A DNA stretch of 64,000 bases. Origin: an uncultured delta proteobacterium. Its GTDB lineage: Bacteria > Myxococcota_A > UBA9160 > UBA4427. The DNA lies in contig CAWGJT010000006.1 of the NCBI GenBank assembly GCA_963822965.1, positions 576,001-640,000 of the forward strand, read 5' to 3'. Under the pieces are notes generated by a model, which saw nothing but the letters and a program-made list of their open reading frames with translations, made no database searches and was not told the origin of the DNA. Both the position numbers and the translations under genes were made by a program. Shown here piece after piece: positions 39,721 to 48,731 of the stretch (the first letter of the stretch is position 1; each line of letters begins with the position of its first letter).

Positions 39721-42093
39721 CTACTGCGCCTCCGGCAGCTGACGGATCTGCTGCAGGAGTCTCTCGGCGCCCGGGTCGCCCGGGCGCTGCTCCGCGTGTC
39801 GCTCGGCGTGGCGAAGCGCCTCGCCCTTTCGGCCCTGCTGGGCGTAGAGGATCGCCAGGGCGTTCTGCACGTCGGAGTCGTCGGGCGCCATGCGTTCGGC
39901 GGCGAGAAGCGCGGCCTCGGCTTCGTCGCGCCGGCCGAGCTGCTGCAGGGCCAGGCCCTGGTTGTAGCGGATCCGCGCGCGATCGGGCAGCAGATCGGCC
40001 GCCTTGCCGAGCGCGTCGGCGCTCTCCTCGAGCCGACCCTCCTCGGCGAGGACCAGCGCCAGCGAGTAGTACAGCTCGCCGCGCTCCGGGCGGACGACAG
40101 CGTCGTCCGCCAGCCCGGAGGCCATGTGCTCGTGCACCTCGATGGCTTCCCGCAGCTGCTGCTCGGCTTCGTCGTTGCGGTGCCGACCGTTCAGAAAGCT
40201 GGCGAAGTCGAGCCGAGCGGACGCCAGGTCCGGGCGCAGGGCGATCGCGCTGCGGTACTCGCGCTCCGCCGCGGCTCCGCGACCGCGGCGGCGGTCGAGG
40301 ATGGCGAGGTTGAGATGCGCCTCGGCGGTGTCCGCGAGGGCGCGCTGGCCCGCGCGGTACTCGTCCAGCGCCGCATCGAACGCGCGCTGCTGCTCGGGAG
40401 CGAGACCCGGCGCGGCCAGGCCCGCGAGCGTGAACGCGGCCGCGGTGCGGACGGCGGCGCGCTCGTCGGCGACGAGCCGCGCCAGCACCGGGACCGCCCG
40501 CTCCGGGGGCACTGCGGCGAGGGCGCCCGCCGCCGCGGCACGCACCGACCCGTCGGCGTCGCCGGCGGCGCCCTCGATCGCGGCGCCGGCCTCGGCGCTG
40601 CCCGAGGCCGCTGCCCGGGCGAGCATCTGCACGGCGGTGGCGCGCGCGATGGCGGGCGCCCCCTCGTCCGCCGCGAGGGCGACCAGCGGGACCGTCGCTT
40701 CCGGGCGCCCCGCCCGTCCCGCCGCGAGGGCCTCGCCGTAGTGCGCGGGAAGCACCCGGTCGGCAGGACGCCGGGTCGCCAGGAAGTCGGCGGCCCAGCG
40801 GGCGTCGCGGTCGGCGTGACAGCCCGTGCAGGCATTCGGCGTCCCGATCGAGAGCGTGAGATCCGGACGGGGGATCCGCAGGCTGTGGTCGCGGCGGTCG
40901 TCCACCTGCATGTAGGTCCGGGACGGCATGTGGCACGCGACGCAGGCGGCGCCGGGCGATCCGGGCGGGTGGAAGTGGTGCTCGGGAGCGTCGTAGGTCT
41001 TCGCAACGAGGGTCGGGAAGCGCGGATTTCCTTCCGGCGAGTGACAGCCCACGCACAGGGCGTTGCCCTCGGCGCGCAGCTTCAGGCTGTGGGGGTCGTG
41101 ACAATCGCTGCAGCGCACGCCGCGCCGGTGCATCCGGCTCTGGGTGAACGAGCCGTAGACGTAGACCTCCCCCTCGATCTGTCCGTCGGCTTGATAGAGG
41201 CCCGGCCACAGAAGCTCCGGCTCGTAGCCGTCGAGGAAGGCGGCGCCGGGCACGGTCGCGGCGCTCACCCGATGGCGACGGGAGTGACACGGCGCGCACG
41301 TCTCGATCTCGGCGACGTCTCCGGGGACGTCGCTTCGCACCGGCAGACGGGCCTCCACGGCCTCGGGCGCACCCGCCCCCGGCGTGTACGCCTTCGCCCA
41401 CGCCACGTGGTCGGCGGCCGGACCGTGACAGGCCTGGCACGAGACGTCGATCGTCAGCCACGCGGTGTCGTACGACGCGCTCGCCGCGTCGTAGTTGCGC
41501 TGGAGGTCCGTCGAGTGGCAGTCGGCGCACATGCTGTTCCAGCGCTGCAGGGGTCCCGTCCAGTGGAGCGGGTCGCCCGGCGGGATGCGGGCCTCGGGAT
41601 AGAGCGAGAGCCAGCGCCGGCGTCGGGTGTCCCACGCGATGGGGAAGGCCTGCAGGTGGCCCTTCGGAAGCCGCAGCAGCACCTGCTGCAGGGGCTCGAC
41701 GCCGAAGGTGTAGGCGACCTCGTAGGTGGCCATGGCACCGTCGGGACCCTCGCTGTCCACCAGGAAGCGCTCGCCGTCCCGATGGAAGCGGGTGGTCACG
41801 CCGAAGGCCGTGAAAGTGGCGTCGTCGAAATCGCCGAGCACGGTCTCGGGCGTGGCCTCCTGCATGGCCAGATCGTGGTGCGAGCCCGTCCAGGCGGACT
41901 GCTCCGCCGGATGGCAGCCCGCGCACGAGCCGGGGTCGGCGAACGCGGCCGCCGCGGAGGATTCGGCGGCCGGCGCCCCGGACGGAGCCGCCGGCTCCGG
42001 CGCGGGCGGTGGCTCGCCGGGCTCGCATGCCGGCAGAGCGGCGCACAGGAGCACGATCGCAAGGGCGTCCGCGGCGCGCGGGAAGCCCGTCAT
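39721..42093 (-). CDS. Multiheme (8x CxxCH) cytochrome c lipoprotein with HEAT and TPR repeats
   Basis: Lipobox-like LPAC; CAGCH, CADCH, CQACH, CAPCH, CSDCH, CVGCH, CVACH, CTGCH; HEAT-like (SVRAAAAGAL, AVRTAAAFTL) and TPR-like C-terminus; ATG 42093. Confidence 0.88.
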   Translation of the reverse strand: MTGFPRAADALAIVLLCAALPACEPGEPPPAPEPAAPSGAPAAESSAAAAFADPGSCAGCHPAEQSAWTGSHHDLAMQEATPETVLGDFDDATFTAFGVTTRFHRDGERFLVDSEGPDGAMATYEVAYTFGVEPLQQVLLRLPKGHLQAFPIAWDTRRRRWLSLYPEARIPPGDPLHWTGPLQRWNSMCADCHSTDLQRNYDAASASYDTAWLTIDVSCQACHGPAADHVAWAKAYTPGAGAPEAVEARLPVRSDVPGDVAEIETCAPCHSRRHRVSAATVPGAAFLDGYEPELLWPGLYQADGQIEGEVYVYGSFTQSRMHRRGVRCSDCHDPHSLKLRAEGNALCVGCHSPEGNPRFPTLVAKTYDAPEHHFHPPGSPGAACVACHMPSRTYMQVDDRRDHSLRIPRPDLTLSIGTPNACTGCHADRDARWAADFLATRRPADRVLPAHYGEALAAGRAGRPEATVPLVALAADEGAPAIARATAVQMLARAAASGSAEAGAAIEGAAGDADGSVRAAAAGALAAVPPERAVPVLARLVADERAAVRTAAAFTLAGLAAPGLAPEQQRAFDAALDEYRAGQRALADTAEAHLNLAILDRRRGRGAAAEREYRSAIALRPDLASARLDFASFLNGRHRNDEAEQQLREAIEVHEHMASGLADDAVVRPERGELYYSLALVLAEEGRLEESADALGKAADLLPDRARIRYNQGLALQQLGRRDEAEAALLAAERMAPDDSDVQNALAILYAQQGRKGEALRHAERHAEQRPGDPGAERLLQQIRQLPEAQ

Positions 42094-42145
42094 ACGGCGA
42101 CCCGAGCCGGTCGCGGCCCGCCGACGGGCACGGCCCGGAACGCTT

Positions 42146-44575
42146 TCACCCCGCGCCGCGTCCCCGGAGCGTCGGGCTCGCGAGGAGCCGCTCGACACGA
42201 TCCGCGGGATAGCCGAGCAGCCGCTCCAGCACTTCGCGGTTGTCCCGGCCCACCGAGAGGGATCGTTCGGGCTTGCGAGCCGGCGATCGCGACAGCCGCA
42301 GCCGCGTGCTCTCGACGGTGCTCGTGGGGAAGATGTCGTGGGCGATCTCGAGGAAGTGGTCGCGGGCGGCGAGCTGCGGGCAGGCATACAGCCCCGGGGT
42401 GTCCAGGGTCTCGTGGACGGGAACCCCCCGGGCCTGGAGTGCCGCTTCGATCTCGGCCGGGCCGAGGCGGCGCGTCCACGCGCGGATCACCTCCTCGACT
42501 TCATCCCGTTCGTCCCGCCGCGGCTCGAGCTCCGGGCGTCCGATCGTCTCGCACAACGCCCGCCAGTCGTCGTCGTCCCGCACGGCGATGGCCACCCAGC
42601 GGTCGTCCCCCGCGGCGGGAAACACGCCGTGGGGAAAGAGGTCTTCGTCCAGGTTGCCCGCCGCCCCCTGCACACGCCCGTTCACCGTGTAGTCGAGGAA
42701 GGCCGGCGCCAGGAAGTGCAGCGCCGCCTCGGCCTGGGCCTGGTCGATGTACTGCCCCTCCCCCGTCCGCTCGCGGTGCTCGAGGGCCGCCAGGATGGCC
42801 AACGCGTTGTAGCGGAGCGCGATGAAGTCCGTGTAGGCGCCGAAGGGGCCCGAGGGCGGCGCGTCCGGCCAGCTCGCGAGCTGCTGGAAGCCGGTGACCG
42901 TCGCCGCGAGGTTTCCGAACCCCGTGAACGTGCGCCACGGGCCGGTCTGCCCCATCAGGCAGCTCGAGACCATGACGAGGTCCGGCTTGATCTCGCGCAG
43001 CTTCTCGTAGGAGAGCCCGTAGCCCGCGGCGACGCCCGGCGCGAACGACTCGGTCACCACGTCCGCCCAGCGGACGAGATCGCGCACGATCTCCATCCCC
43101 TCCTCGGTGGCCAGATCGACGCTGATGCCGAGCTTGTTGGCGTTGGCGCTCTGGAAGCCGCCCGAGCACTCCGGATGGGGGTTGCTGAAGTGATAGGGCG
43201 GGATGACGCGCAGGGTGTCCAGGTGATCGTTGCTCTCGACCCGCACGACCGTGGCGCCGTAGTCGGCCAGCATGCGCGTGGCGCCCGGTCCCGCCAGCAC
43301 CCAGAACAGATCCAGGATCTTGAGGCCGGCGAGGGGCGCCGCGGGGCTCGAGGGCCCCTCGCGCGCCGCGAACGCCGGCCTCCGCGGCGGCTCGTCGCGG
43401 AGCAGCGCACCGTGCTGGTCGAGTCGCGGTGCGGGATGCTCCATCCGCAACGGGGAGGCGCCGAAGCGCGCCCAGGCACCCGGGCCCGAGACCGCGCCTG
43501 CCTCCGGATGCTCGTAGCCGGCCGGAAAGCCCCGGGCCGCGAGCTGCGGGCTCTCGACGATCTGGTCCATGCGCAGGAGCGGCGCGATGAGGAGACGTCG
43601 CTCGACGGCGGCCTGCATCACCTCTTCGGAGGTGCGGCTCGCGAACAGGGCCGTGAGCGCGCGGTCGACCTCGTCGTAGGCGGACGGCTCGATCTGGCGG
43701 TGGATCATGCGCAGCCCGAAGGTGCCCCACTGCTGGCTCTTCGGCAGCGTGGGCTCGGCGAAGCCGAGCTCGACGGCCCAGTCGAGGAGCCGCTCCATGA
43801 AGTGGCCCGTGGAGGGCAGGAAGCCCGGACCCACGATCACCCAGCCGTCGGAGAGCGGATAGCGGTTCTTGATGAAGCCCGGGCCCACCTGGGCACCGCC
43901 CGAGACCCGCCGGGCCGGCGTCTGCTCGAGGGGCCCGTCGAGGATGCGGAACTGGGTGCCCAGGGTCGCGGACTGCTGCGCCGACACGTCGACGTGCTGC
44001 CCGCGTCCGCTGCGGCGCCGCTCGGCGTGGGCGATCAACGCGCCCACGGCCGCGTCCGCGCCGGCGTGAGCGTGGGCCTGGGGGACGCGGCAGCGCACGG
44101 GTGGCCGCTCGGCGTCGCCCGAGAGGTACGCGCATCCGCTGGCCGCCATGATGGTGAGGTCCGTCGCCGCCCATCCGGACTTCGGGCCGTGCTGGCCGAA
44201 GGGCGTGATGGAGACGTAGACGAGCGAGGGATTGAGCGCCGAGAGAGCCTCGTAGCCGAGCCCGAGGGCGGCGAGGCGACCCGGAGGCTCGGACTCGATG
44301 AAGAAGTCCGCCCCGGCGGCCAGACGGGCGATGCGATCCCGGTCGGCGGGCACCTCGGGGTCGAGCGCCACGCTGCGCTTGTTGCGCGCATAGGCCCACC
44401 AGAAGAGCGAGCGCTCGGGGCCCGGCTCGTCCTTCCACCAGGGACCCTGGCGGCGCGCCGGCGAGCCTCCGGGCGGCTCCACCTGGACCACGTCCGCACC
44501 GAGGTCCGCCAGGAGCTGACCGCAGAGCAATCCCAGCTCGTTCGAGAGATCGACGACGCGATAGGGCGAGAGCAC
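42146..44575 (-). CDS. CoA transferase family III (CaiB/BaiF), tandem two-domain
   Basis: Two CaiB units: RVVDLS...LADLGADVVQVEPPGG...NKRSV and LAGLKILDL...LADYGATVVRVE...ADVVTESF. Confidence 0.92.
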   Translation of the reverse strand: MLSPYRVVDLSNELGLLCGQLLADLGADVVQVEPPGGSPARRQGPWWKDEPGPERSLFWWAYARNKRSVALDPEVPADRDRIARLAAGADFFIESEPPGRLAALGLGYEALSALNPSLVYVSITPFGQHGPKSGWAATDLTIMAASGCAYLSGDAERPPVRCRVPQAHAHAGADAAVGALIAHAERRRSGRGQHVDVSAQQSATLGTQFRILDGPLEQTPARRVSGGAQVGPGFIKNRYPLSDGWVIVGPGFLPSTGHFMERLLDWAVELGFAEPTLPKSQQWGTFGLRMIHRQIEPSAYDEVDRALTALFASRTSEEVMQAAVERRLLIAPLLRMDQIVESPQLAARGFPAGYEHPEAGAVSGPGAWARFGASPLRMEHPAPRLDQHGALLRDEPPRRPAFAAREGPSSPAAPLAGLKILDLFWVLAGPGATRMLADYGATVVRVESNDHLDTLRVIPPYHFSNPHPECSGGFQSANANKLGISVDLATEEGMEIVRDLVRWADVVTESFAPGVAAGYGLSYEKLREIKPDLVMVSSCLMGQTGPWRTFTGFGNLAATVTGFQQLASWPDAPPSGPFGAYTDFIALRYNALAILAALEHRERTGEGQYIDQAQAEAALHFLAPAFLDYTVNGRVQGAAGNLDEDLFPHGVFPAAGDDRWVAIAVRDDDDWRALCETIGRPELEPRRDERDEVEEVIRAWTRRLGPAEIEAALQARGVPVHETLDTPGLYACPQLAARDHFLEIAHDIFPTSTVESTRLRLSRSPARKPERSLSVGRDNREVLERLLGYPADRVERLLASPTLRGRGAG

Positions 44576-44750
44576 GACGGCAGTCTATCACCGCGCGGTA
44601 CCCGGGAGTATCGCACGCTCGATCCGACTGGCCGTCGCCGTCGGCCTGGGCGCCCTGACCAGCGCCCACGCGTCTCCCGCAGCGCGCGGCCCGAACCCCG
44701 TCGAGATCGTGGGGATCCTCTCGGATCCCGAGTGAGCCCGAAGCCGCCTC

Positions 44751-46043
44751 CTATTCCTGGCGCCGCATCTCCTCCAGCTGCCGGCGCGCCTCGGCGTCGC
44801 CGGCCTCGAGACGACGGACGAAGGCCTCGCGGGTGGCCGCTGTCCAGGCCTCGCGAATCTCCTTCTCGAGGGCGGCGCGCGCGGCCGCATCCCCCGCCTC
44901 GACCCGTGGGGCGTACTTCTCGCGCAGGGCGGCGATCTTCTCCTCGCCGAGGGCGGCGCGCACCCGCTGCAGCCGTGCCGCGCGACCGTCGGACGGCGCC
45001 GGGACCGACGGATTCGAGGCGAGCAGCGCGTCGACATCGCCCTCGGCCAGCGCCCGGGCGACCTCTTCCTGGACGGCGGCCGTGTAGGCGGCGCCGAGCT
45101 CCTCGGCCAGCTCGCGCCGCGCGGCCGCATCGCTCGCGATGATGCGCTTCTCGTACTTCTGCCAGATGGCGGAGAGCCGATCCTCGCCAAGCACCGCGCG
45201 CAGGTCGCGCACCGGCTCGTTGCCCAGGGCGGAGAGGAACCGCGAATAGGCCCTGTCGCGGATCACGTCCTGGACCTGCTGCTCGAAGCGTTCGTTGGCC
45301 TTCTCGTTCGGCGTCCGACCATCGCTCTCGATCCCCCGAGCCTCGCCCGCTCGGATGATCTCGAAGGTGCCCTGCTTGTTCTCGTCCCGGGAGTAGACGC
45401 CCGTCAGCCGGTTGCCGTCGGCGGAGACCTCGAGGGTCTGGTAGCGGGTGCGACCCGAGACGAGCGCGTCGCTGTTCGTGGCCAGGGCCACATCGGTGCC
45501 GAGGGCGTCGTCGCGGGTGAAGACGGGCAGGCCCGTCGGGTCGTCGATCGACCACGTCTCCTGGTAGCTCACGGTGAGCGCCGAGGTGGAGCGCGCCGCA
45601 CTGCTCGACGCGTAGCCGCGCTTGGGCGAGCCCCGGAGGCTCTTCGTCTTCGAGCCGCGGCTGTTCACCTGCAGGCCCTGCCGGATCTCCTCCATCTGCC
45701 TCGCGTTGGGCTCCCACGCGACGAGCAGACGCGCGCGCGCGTTCCGGCCGACCCGGCCGAAGCGCCCCGAGCCGTCGTTGAAGACGACGATGGGGAACTC
45801 CGTCCACTGGAGGCGCGAGCCCTTCTGCTCGATCTTCCAGACCTTGTCCTCCCAGCGGTCGGCGTCGGGGTTGGCGGTGGTGGAGTCGCGGTAGTGGATG
45901 AGCACGTACCAGGTGCCGACGAGGTCCACCGACGCGAAGGCCGGCGACGTCAGCAGCAAGAGCGCCGCCGCCGCACCGCCGGCGTGAAGCCAGCGCCGGG
46001 CAAGCGAACGGCAGGGGCTCGGGCTCGACGGAGGGGTGCGCAT
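44751..46043 (-). CDS. Hypothetical secreted protein with a duplicated helical C-terminal module
   Basis: Signal peptide (LLLLTSPAFA), beta-rich N-domain, two similar ~60-aa helical segments. Confidence 0.7.
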   Translation of the reverse strand: MRTPPSSPSPCRSLARRWLHAGGAAAALLLLTSPAFASVDLVGTWYVLIHYRDSTTANPDADRWEDKVWKIEQKGSRLQWTEFPIVVFNDGSGRFGRVGRNARARLLVAWEPNARQMEEIRQGLQVNSRGSKTKSLRGSPKRGYASSSAARSTSALTVSYQETWSIDDPTGLPVFTRDDALGTDVALATNSDALVSGRTRYQTLEVSADGNRLTGVYSRDENKQGTFEIIRAGEARGIESDGRTPNEKANERFEQQVQDVIRDRAYSRFLSALGNEPVRDLRAVLGEDRLSAIWQKYEKRIIASDAAARRELAEELGAAYTAAVQEEVARALAEGDVDALLASNPSVPAPSDGRAARLQRVRAALGEEKIAALREKYAPRVEAGDAAARAALEKEIREAWTAATREAFVRRLEAGDAEARRQLEEMRRQE

Positions 46044-46095
46044 GCGGGTCTCCTCGCCGGGGTTGCTAGCACGCCGTCCCGGGGCTGTCGGGAGG

Positions 46096-47001
46096 CTATC
46101 GCGCGAGGACCGAATCCGGCCCGGAAACCGGTGACTTGTGGCCGCTTCTCGAAAGCGGTTTCGAGGCCGGCGCGGGGACCGCGGCACCCGCGTCCGGCGC
46201 GCCCGGCGGCACCGCCGCGGCCCGCCGGAAGGCGATGTCGCCGAACCACGCCACCGCCGACTCCCCGGTATCGTCGCTGTCGCTCATGATGGCTACGCCC
46301 GAGATCGCCGGCGCGGGCCCGCCGAAGGCGCGCCGGTAGTCCGCCGCCACGTCCCGGCGCTCGCTCCGCCACTCGCCCGCGTGCGCGGCCCCGCTCTCCA
46401 CCACCAGCATGCGGGCCCGGTCGGTGTAGGGATTGGGAACGAGGCTGCCGACCGGAGCCTTGTTGGCCCAGATGTAGTTGAGGGCGGCGGCCGGCGGGTA
46501 CTCGCCGTAGAAGAGGCGCAGCGCCTCGAAGCGGGCGCGCTCGAAGAAGCCGGCGCGCGCGGGGTCGTAGGCGAAGGTGACGTAGATCCGCGCCGGGTAG
46601 TCGTCGCCGGACCTGCGCGTGACGTCGCCCCCGGCCAGCACGTTCGCCACCCGCCAGCGCCACTCCAGCATCGGAGTCACCGTGGGATCCACCACCAGGT
46701 GCCGCGAGAGCCCGGACGCCGAGGCGTCGCTCTCGGCGCGAACGACGACGACGCCGTCCTCATCTTCCACCAGGGAGTAGCGCGTGTGCCGCTCGATTCG
46801 CGCGAACGCGAGCGGCTCCCATCCCGGTGGAATCGCATCGCCGGCGCGCGCCCGGGAGAAGTCGCCCACGACGACCGCGCCGGAGTCGTCGTCCCCGGCG
46901 GCGAATGCGAGCACCCCGGCGGCGAATGCGAGCACCTCGGCGGCGAAGACGAGCGCGACGGTGCGCCGGAGGCTCGCTGAACGCTGCATCGGGCCGAGCA
47001 T
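46096..47001 (-). CDS. DUF3047 domain protein
   Basis: TPMLEWRWRV, GDDYPARIYVTF, LNYIWAN, PNPYT, VVESG, IMSDSDDTG. Confidence 0.88.
   Translation of the reverse strand: MLGPMQRSASLRRTVALVFAAEVLAFAAGVLAFAAGDDDSGAVVVGDFSRARAGDAIPPGWEPLAFARIERHTRYSLVEDEDGVVVVRAESDASASGLSRHLVVDPTVTPMLEWRWRVANVLAGGDVTRRSGDDYPARIYVTFAYDPARAGFFERARFEALRLFYGEYPPAAALNYIWANKAPVGSLVPNPYTDRARMLVVESGAAHAGEWRSERRDVAADYRRAFGGPAPAISGVAIMSDSDDTGESAVAWFGDIAFRRAAAVPPGAPDAGAAVPAPASKPLSRSGHKSPVSGPDSVLAR
46893..46954. repeat. In-frame 21-bp tandem repeat (2 exact copies plus 1 degenerate) in the DUF3047 signal peptide
   Basis: CCCCGGCGGCGAATGCGAGCA x2, then CCTCGGCGGCGAAGACGAGC; encodes LVFAAEV-LAFAAGV-LAFAAG. Confidence 0.85.
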
Positions 47002-47068
47002 AGCCGTGGAACGACTGCCCCCGAACGGCGGCGAGGGTGTATGCTGGCCGGCGGGAGGGACGCGCGCC

Positions 47069-47842
47069 TTGCAGATCGACGCGAGCGAGTTCGCCGGTCG
47101 GATCGCACTGGTCACGGCCGCGGCGGGGGCGGGCATCGGTCAGGCCGTGGCCCGCCGGCTGGCGGCAGGCGGCGCGGACGTCGTCGTCACGGACGTCCAC
47201 GAGGGGCGCACGCGAGACGTGGCCGGGGCGGTCGCCCGGGACTTCCCCGGCGTTCGCGTCGTGGGGCACGTCCTCGACGTGTCGAACCGCGCGCGGGCCG
47301 ACGAGGTCGTGGCGGCGGTGACCTCCGAGCTGGGGCCGATCCGCATCCTGGTGAACAACGCCGCCATCAACGTGGTGGGGAGCATCTTCGACTACGACCC
47401 GGCGGACTGGGACTGGTGCGTGGCCGTGAACCTGTCGGCGCCCTGGTACCTCTCGCGCGCCGTGATGCCGCTCATGCGCGACGCGGGCGGCGGCGCGATC
47501 GTCAACATGAGCAGCTACGCGGCAGACGTGGGCGGCGGGGGCGTGGAGGCGCCCTACGCGGTGACGAAGGGCGGCCTCAACGTCCTCACGCGGTCGTGCG
47601 CCATCGAGGGCGGTCCCCACGGCATCCGCTGCAACGCGGTCTCCATGGGCGTCGTCACCGGGACGAAGTTCATCGACGACCACCCGGAGATCGCGGAGCG
47701 CCTGCTGCCGGCGACGCCCCTGGGACGACACGCCTCGGCCCGGGACGTCGCCGAGGCCACGGCCTTCCTGGCCTCGGACCGCGCCAGCCACATCACGGGC
47801 GAGATCCTGAACGTGGCGGGCGGCACCTACATGCGCACATGA
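47069..47842 (+). CDS. SDR family oxidoreductase
   Basis: LVTAAAGAGIG, LVNNAA, YAVTK; TTG 47069 after GGGAGG. Confidence 0.9.
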   Translation: MQIDASEFAGRIALVTAAAGAGIGQAVARRLAAGGADVVVTDVHEGRTRDVAGAVARDFPGVRVVGHVLDVSNRARADEVVAAVTSELGPIRILVNNAAINVVGSIFDYDPADWDWCVAVNLSAPWYLSRAVMPLMRDAGGGAIVNMSSYAADVGGGGVEAPYAVTKGGLNVLTRSCAIEGGPHGIRCNAVSMGVVTGTKFIDDHPEIAERLLPATPLGRHASARDVAEATAFLASDRASHITGEILNVAGGTYMRT

Positions 47843-48492
47843 GCCGACCCGCCGTGGTCTGGACCCTGTTGGTGCTCGTCTACGCGGCCTTCGCGAGCTG
47901 GTACACGTCCTGCGACGGACCCCTCACCCAGGACGAGATCGCCCACTACGTGGCGCTGATGGAGGAGCGCGGTCGCAGCCCCGAAGAGGTCGCCCGGCTG
48001 CGCGCCTTCCTCGAGAACGACACCGGTGACGACCTGGTCATGGTGAACGCGATCGAGATGCGCGAGCCCCCGCTGCAGCTCGACGGCGTCCCACCGGGCG
48101 AGAGCGCCTCCCAGGTGCTCGACCGCTACATGCAGTACATGTACCCGGCCCTCTTCCGGCGCGCCTGTCATCCCGTGCTGGTCGGGCAGGCGGCGGCTCC
48201 CGCGCTGGACGTGTGGGGCATCGAGGGCGCCCGGCACTGGACGATGGCCGGCATGATGCGGTACCGGAGCCGTCGCGACCTGATGGAGATCGCCACGAAC
48301 CCGGGCTTCCAGGGCCCGCACGAATTCAAGATCGCCGCCATGGCGAAGACCGTGGCCTTCCCCATCGACCCGTGGTTCCAGCTCGGAGACCCGCGTCTGG
48401 TGCTCGCTCTGGCGTTCGGGGTCGTGGGACTCGCCGCGCACGGCCTGGCGGGGCACCGCCGGGCCCGGCGACGCAGTCGCGGACGCGTCTGA
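47839..48492 (+). CDS. Membrane-anchored hypothetical protein (DUF1330-like alpha/beta core)
   Basis: ATGA overlap with the SDR; N- and C-terminal TM segments; MVNAIE...DRY...MRYRSRRDL. Confidence 0.65.
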   Translation: MSRPAVVWTLLVLVYAAFASWYTSCDGPLTQDEIAHYVALMEERGRSPEEVARLRAFLENDTGDDLVMVNAIEMREPPLQLDGVPPGESASQVLDRYMQYMYPALFRRACHPVLVGQAAAPALDVWGIEGARHWTMAGMMRYRSRRDLMEIATNPGFQGPHEFKIAAMAKTVAFPIDPWFQLGDPRLVLALAFGVVGLAAHGLAGHRRARRRSRGRV

Positions 48493-48731
48493 ACCGCCGG
48501 CTGCTCCGCGGGGCGGGCCGGTCCCGACGGTGCGAGCACGGCCGTCAGGGCCTCGACGAGCCGCGTCGCGCAGGCGGGTCCGCGCGTTGCGGGCCTCGTG
48601 GCGGCGGGCCTCCCACCGAGCTCACGAGAAGCGTTAGTCTATGCCGGCTCGCGAATCCAGTTGCGGGTGGCGACGCAGATGACCGCGCGCACAACGCGGC
48701 CACGCACACGAGAGAGGACGCACGACGAACC

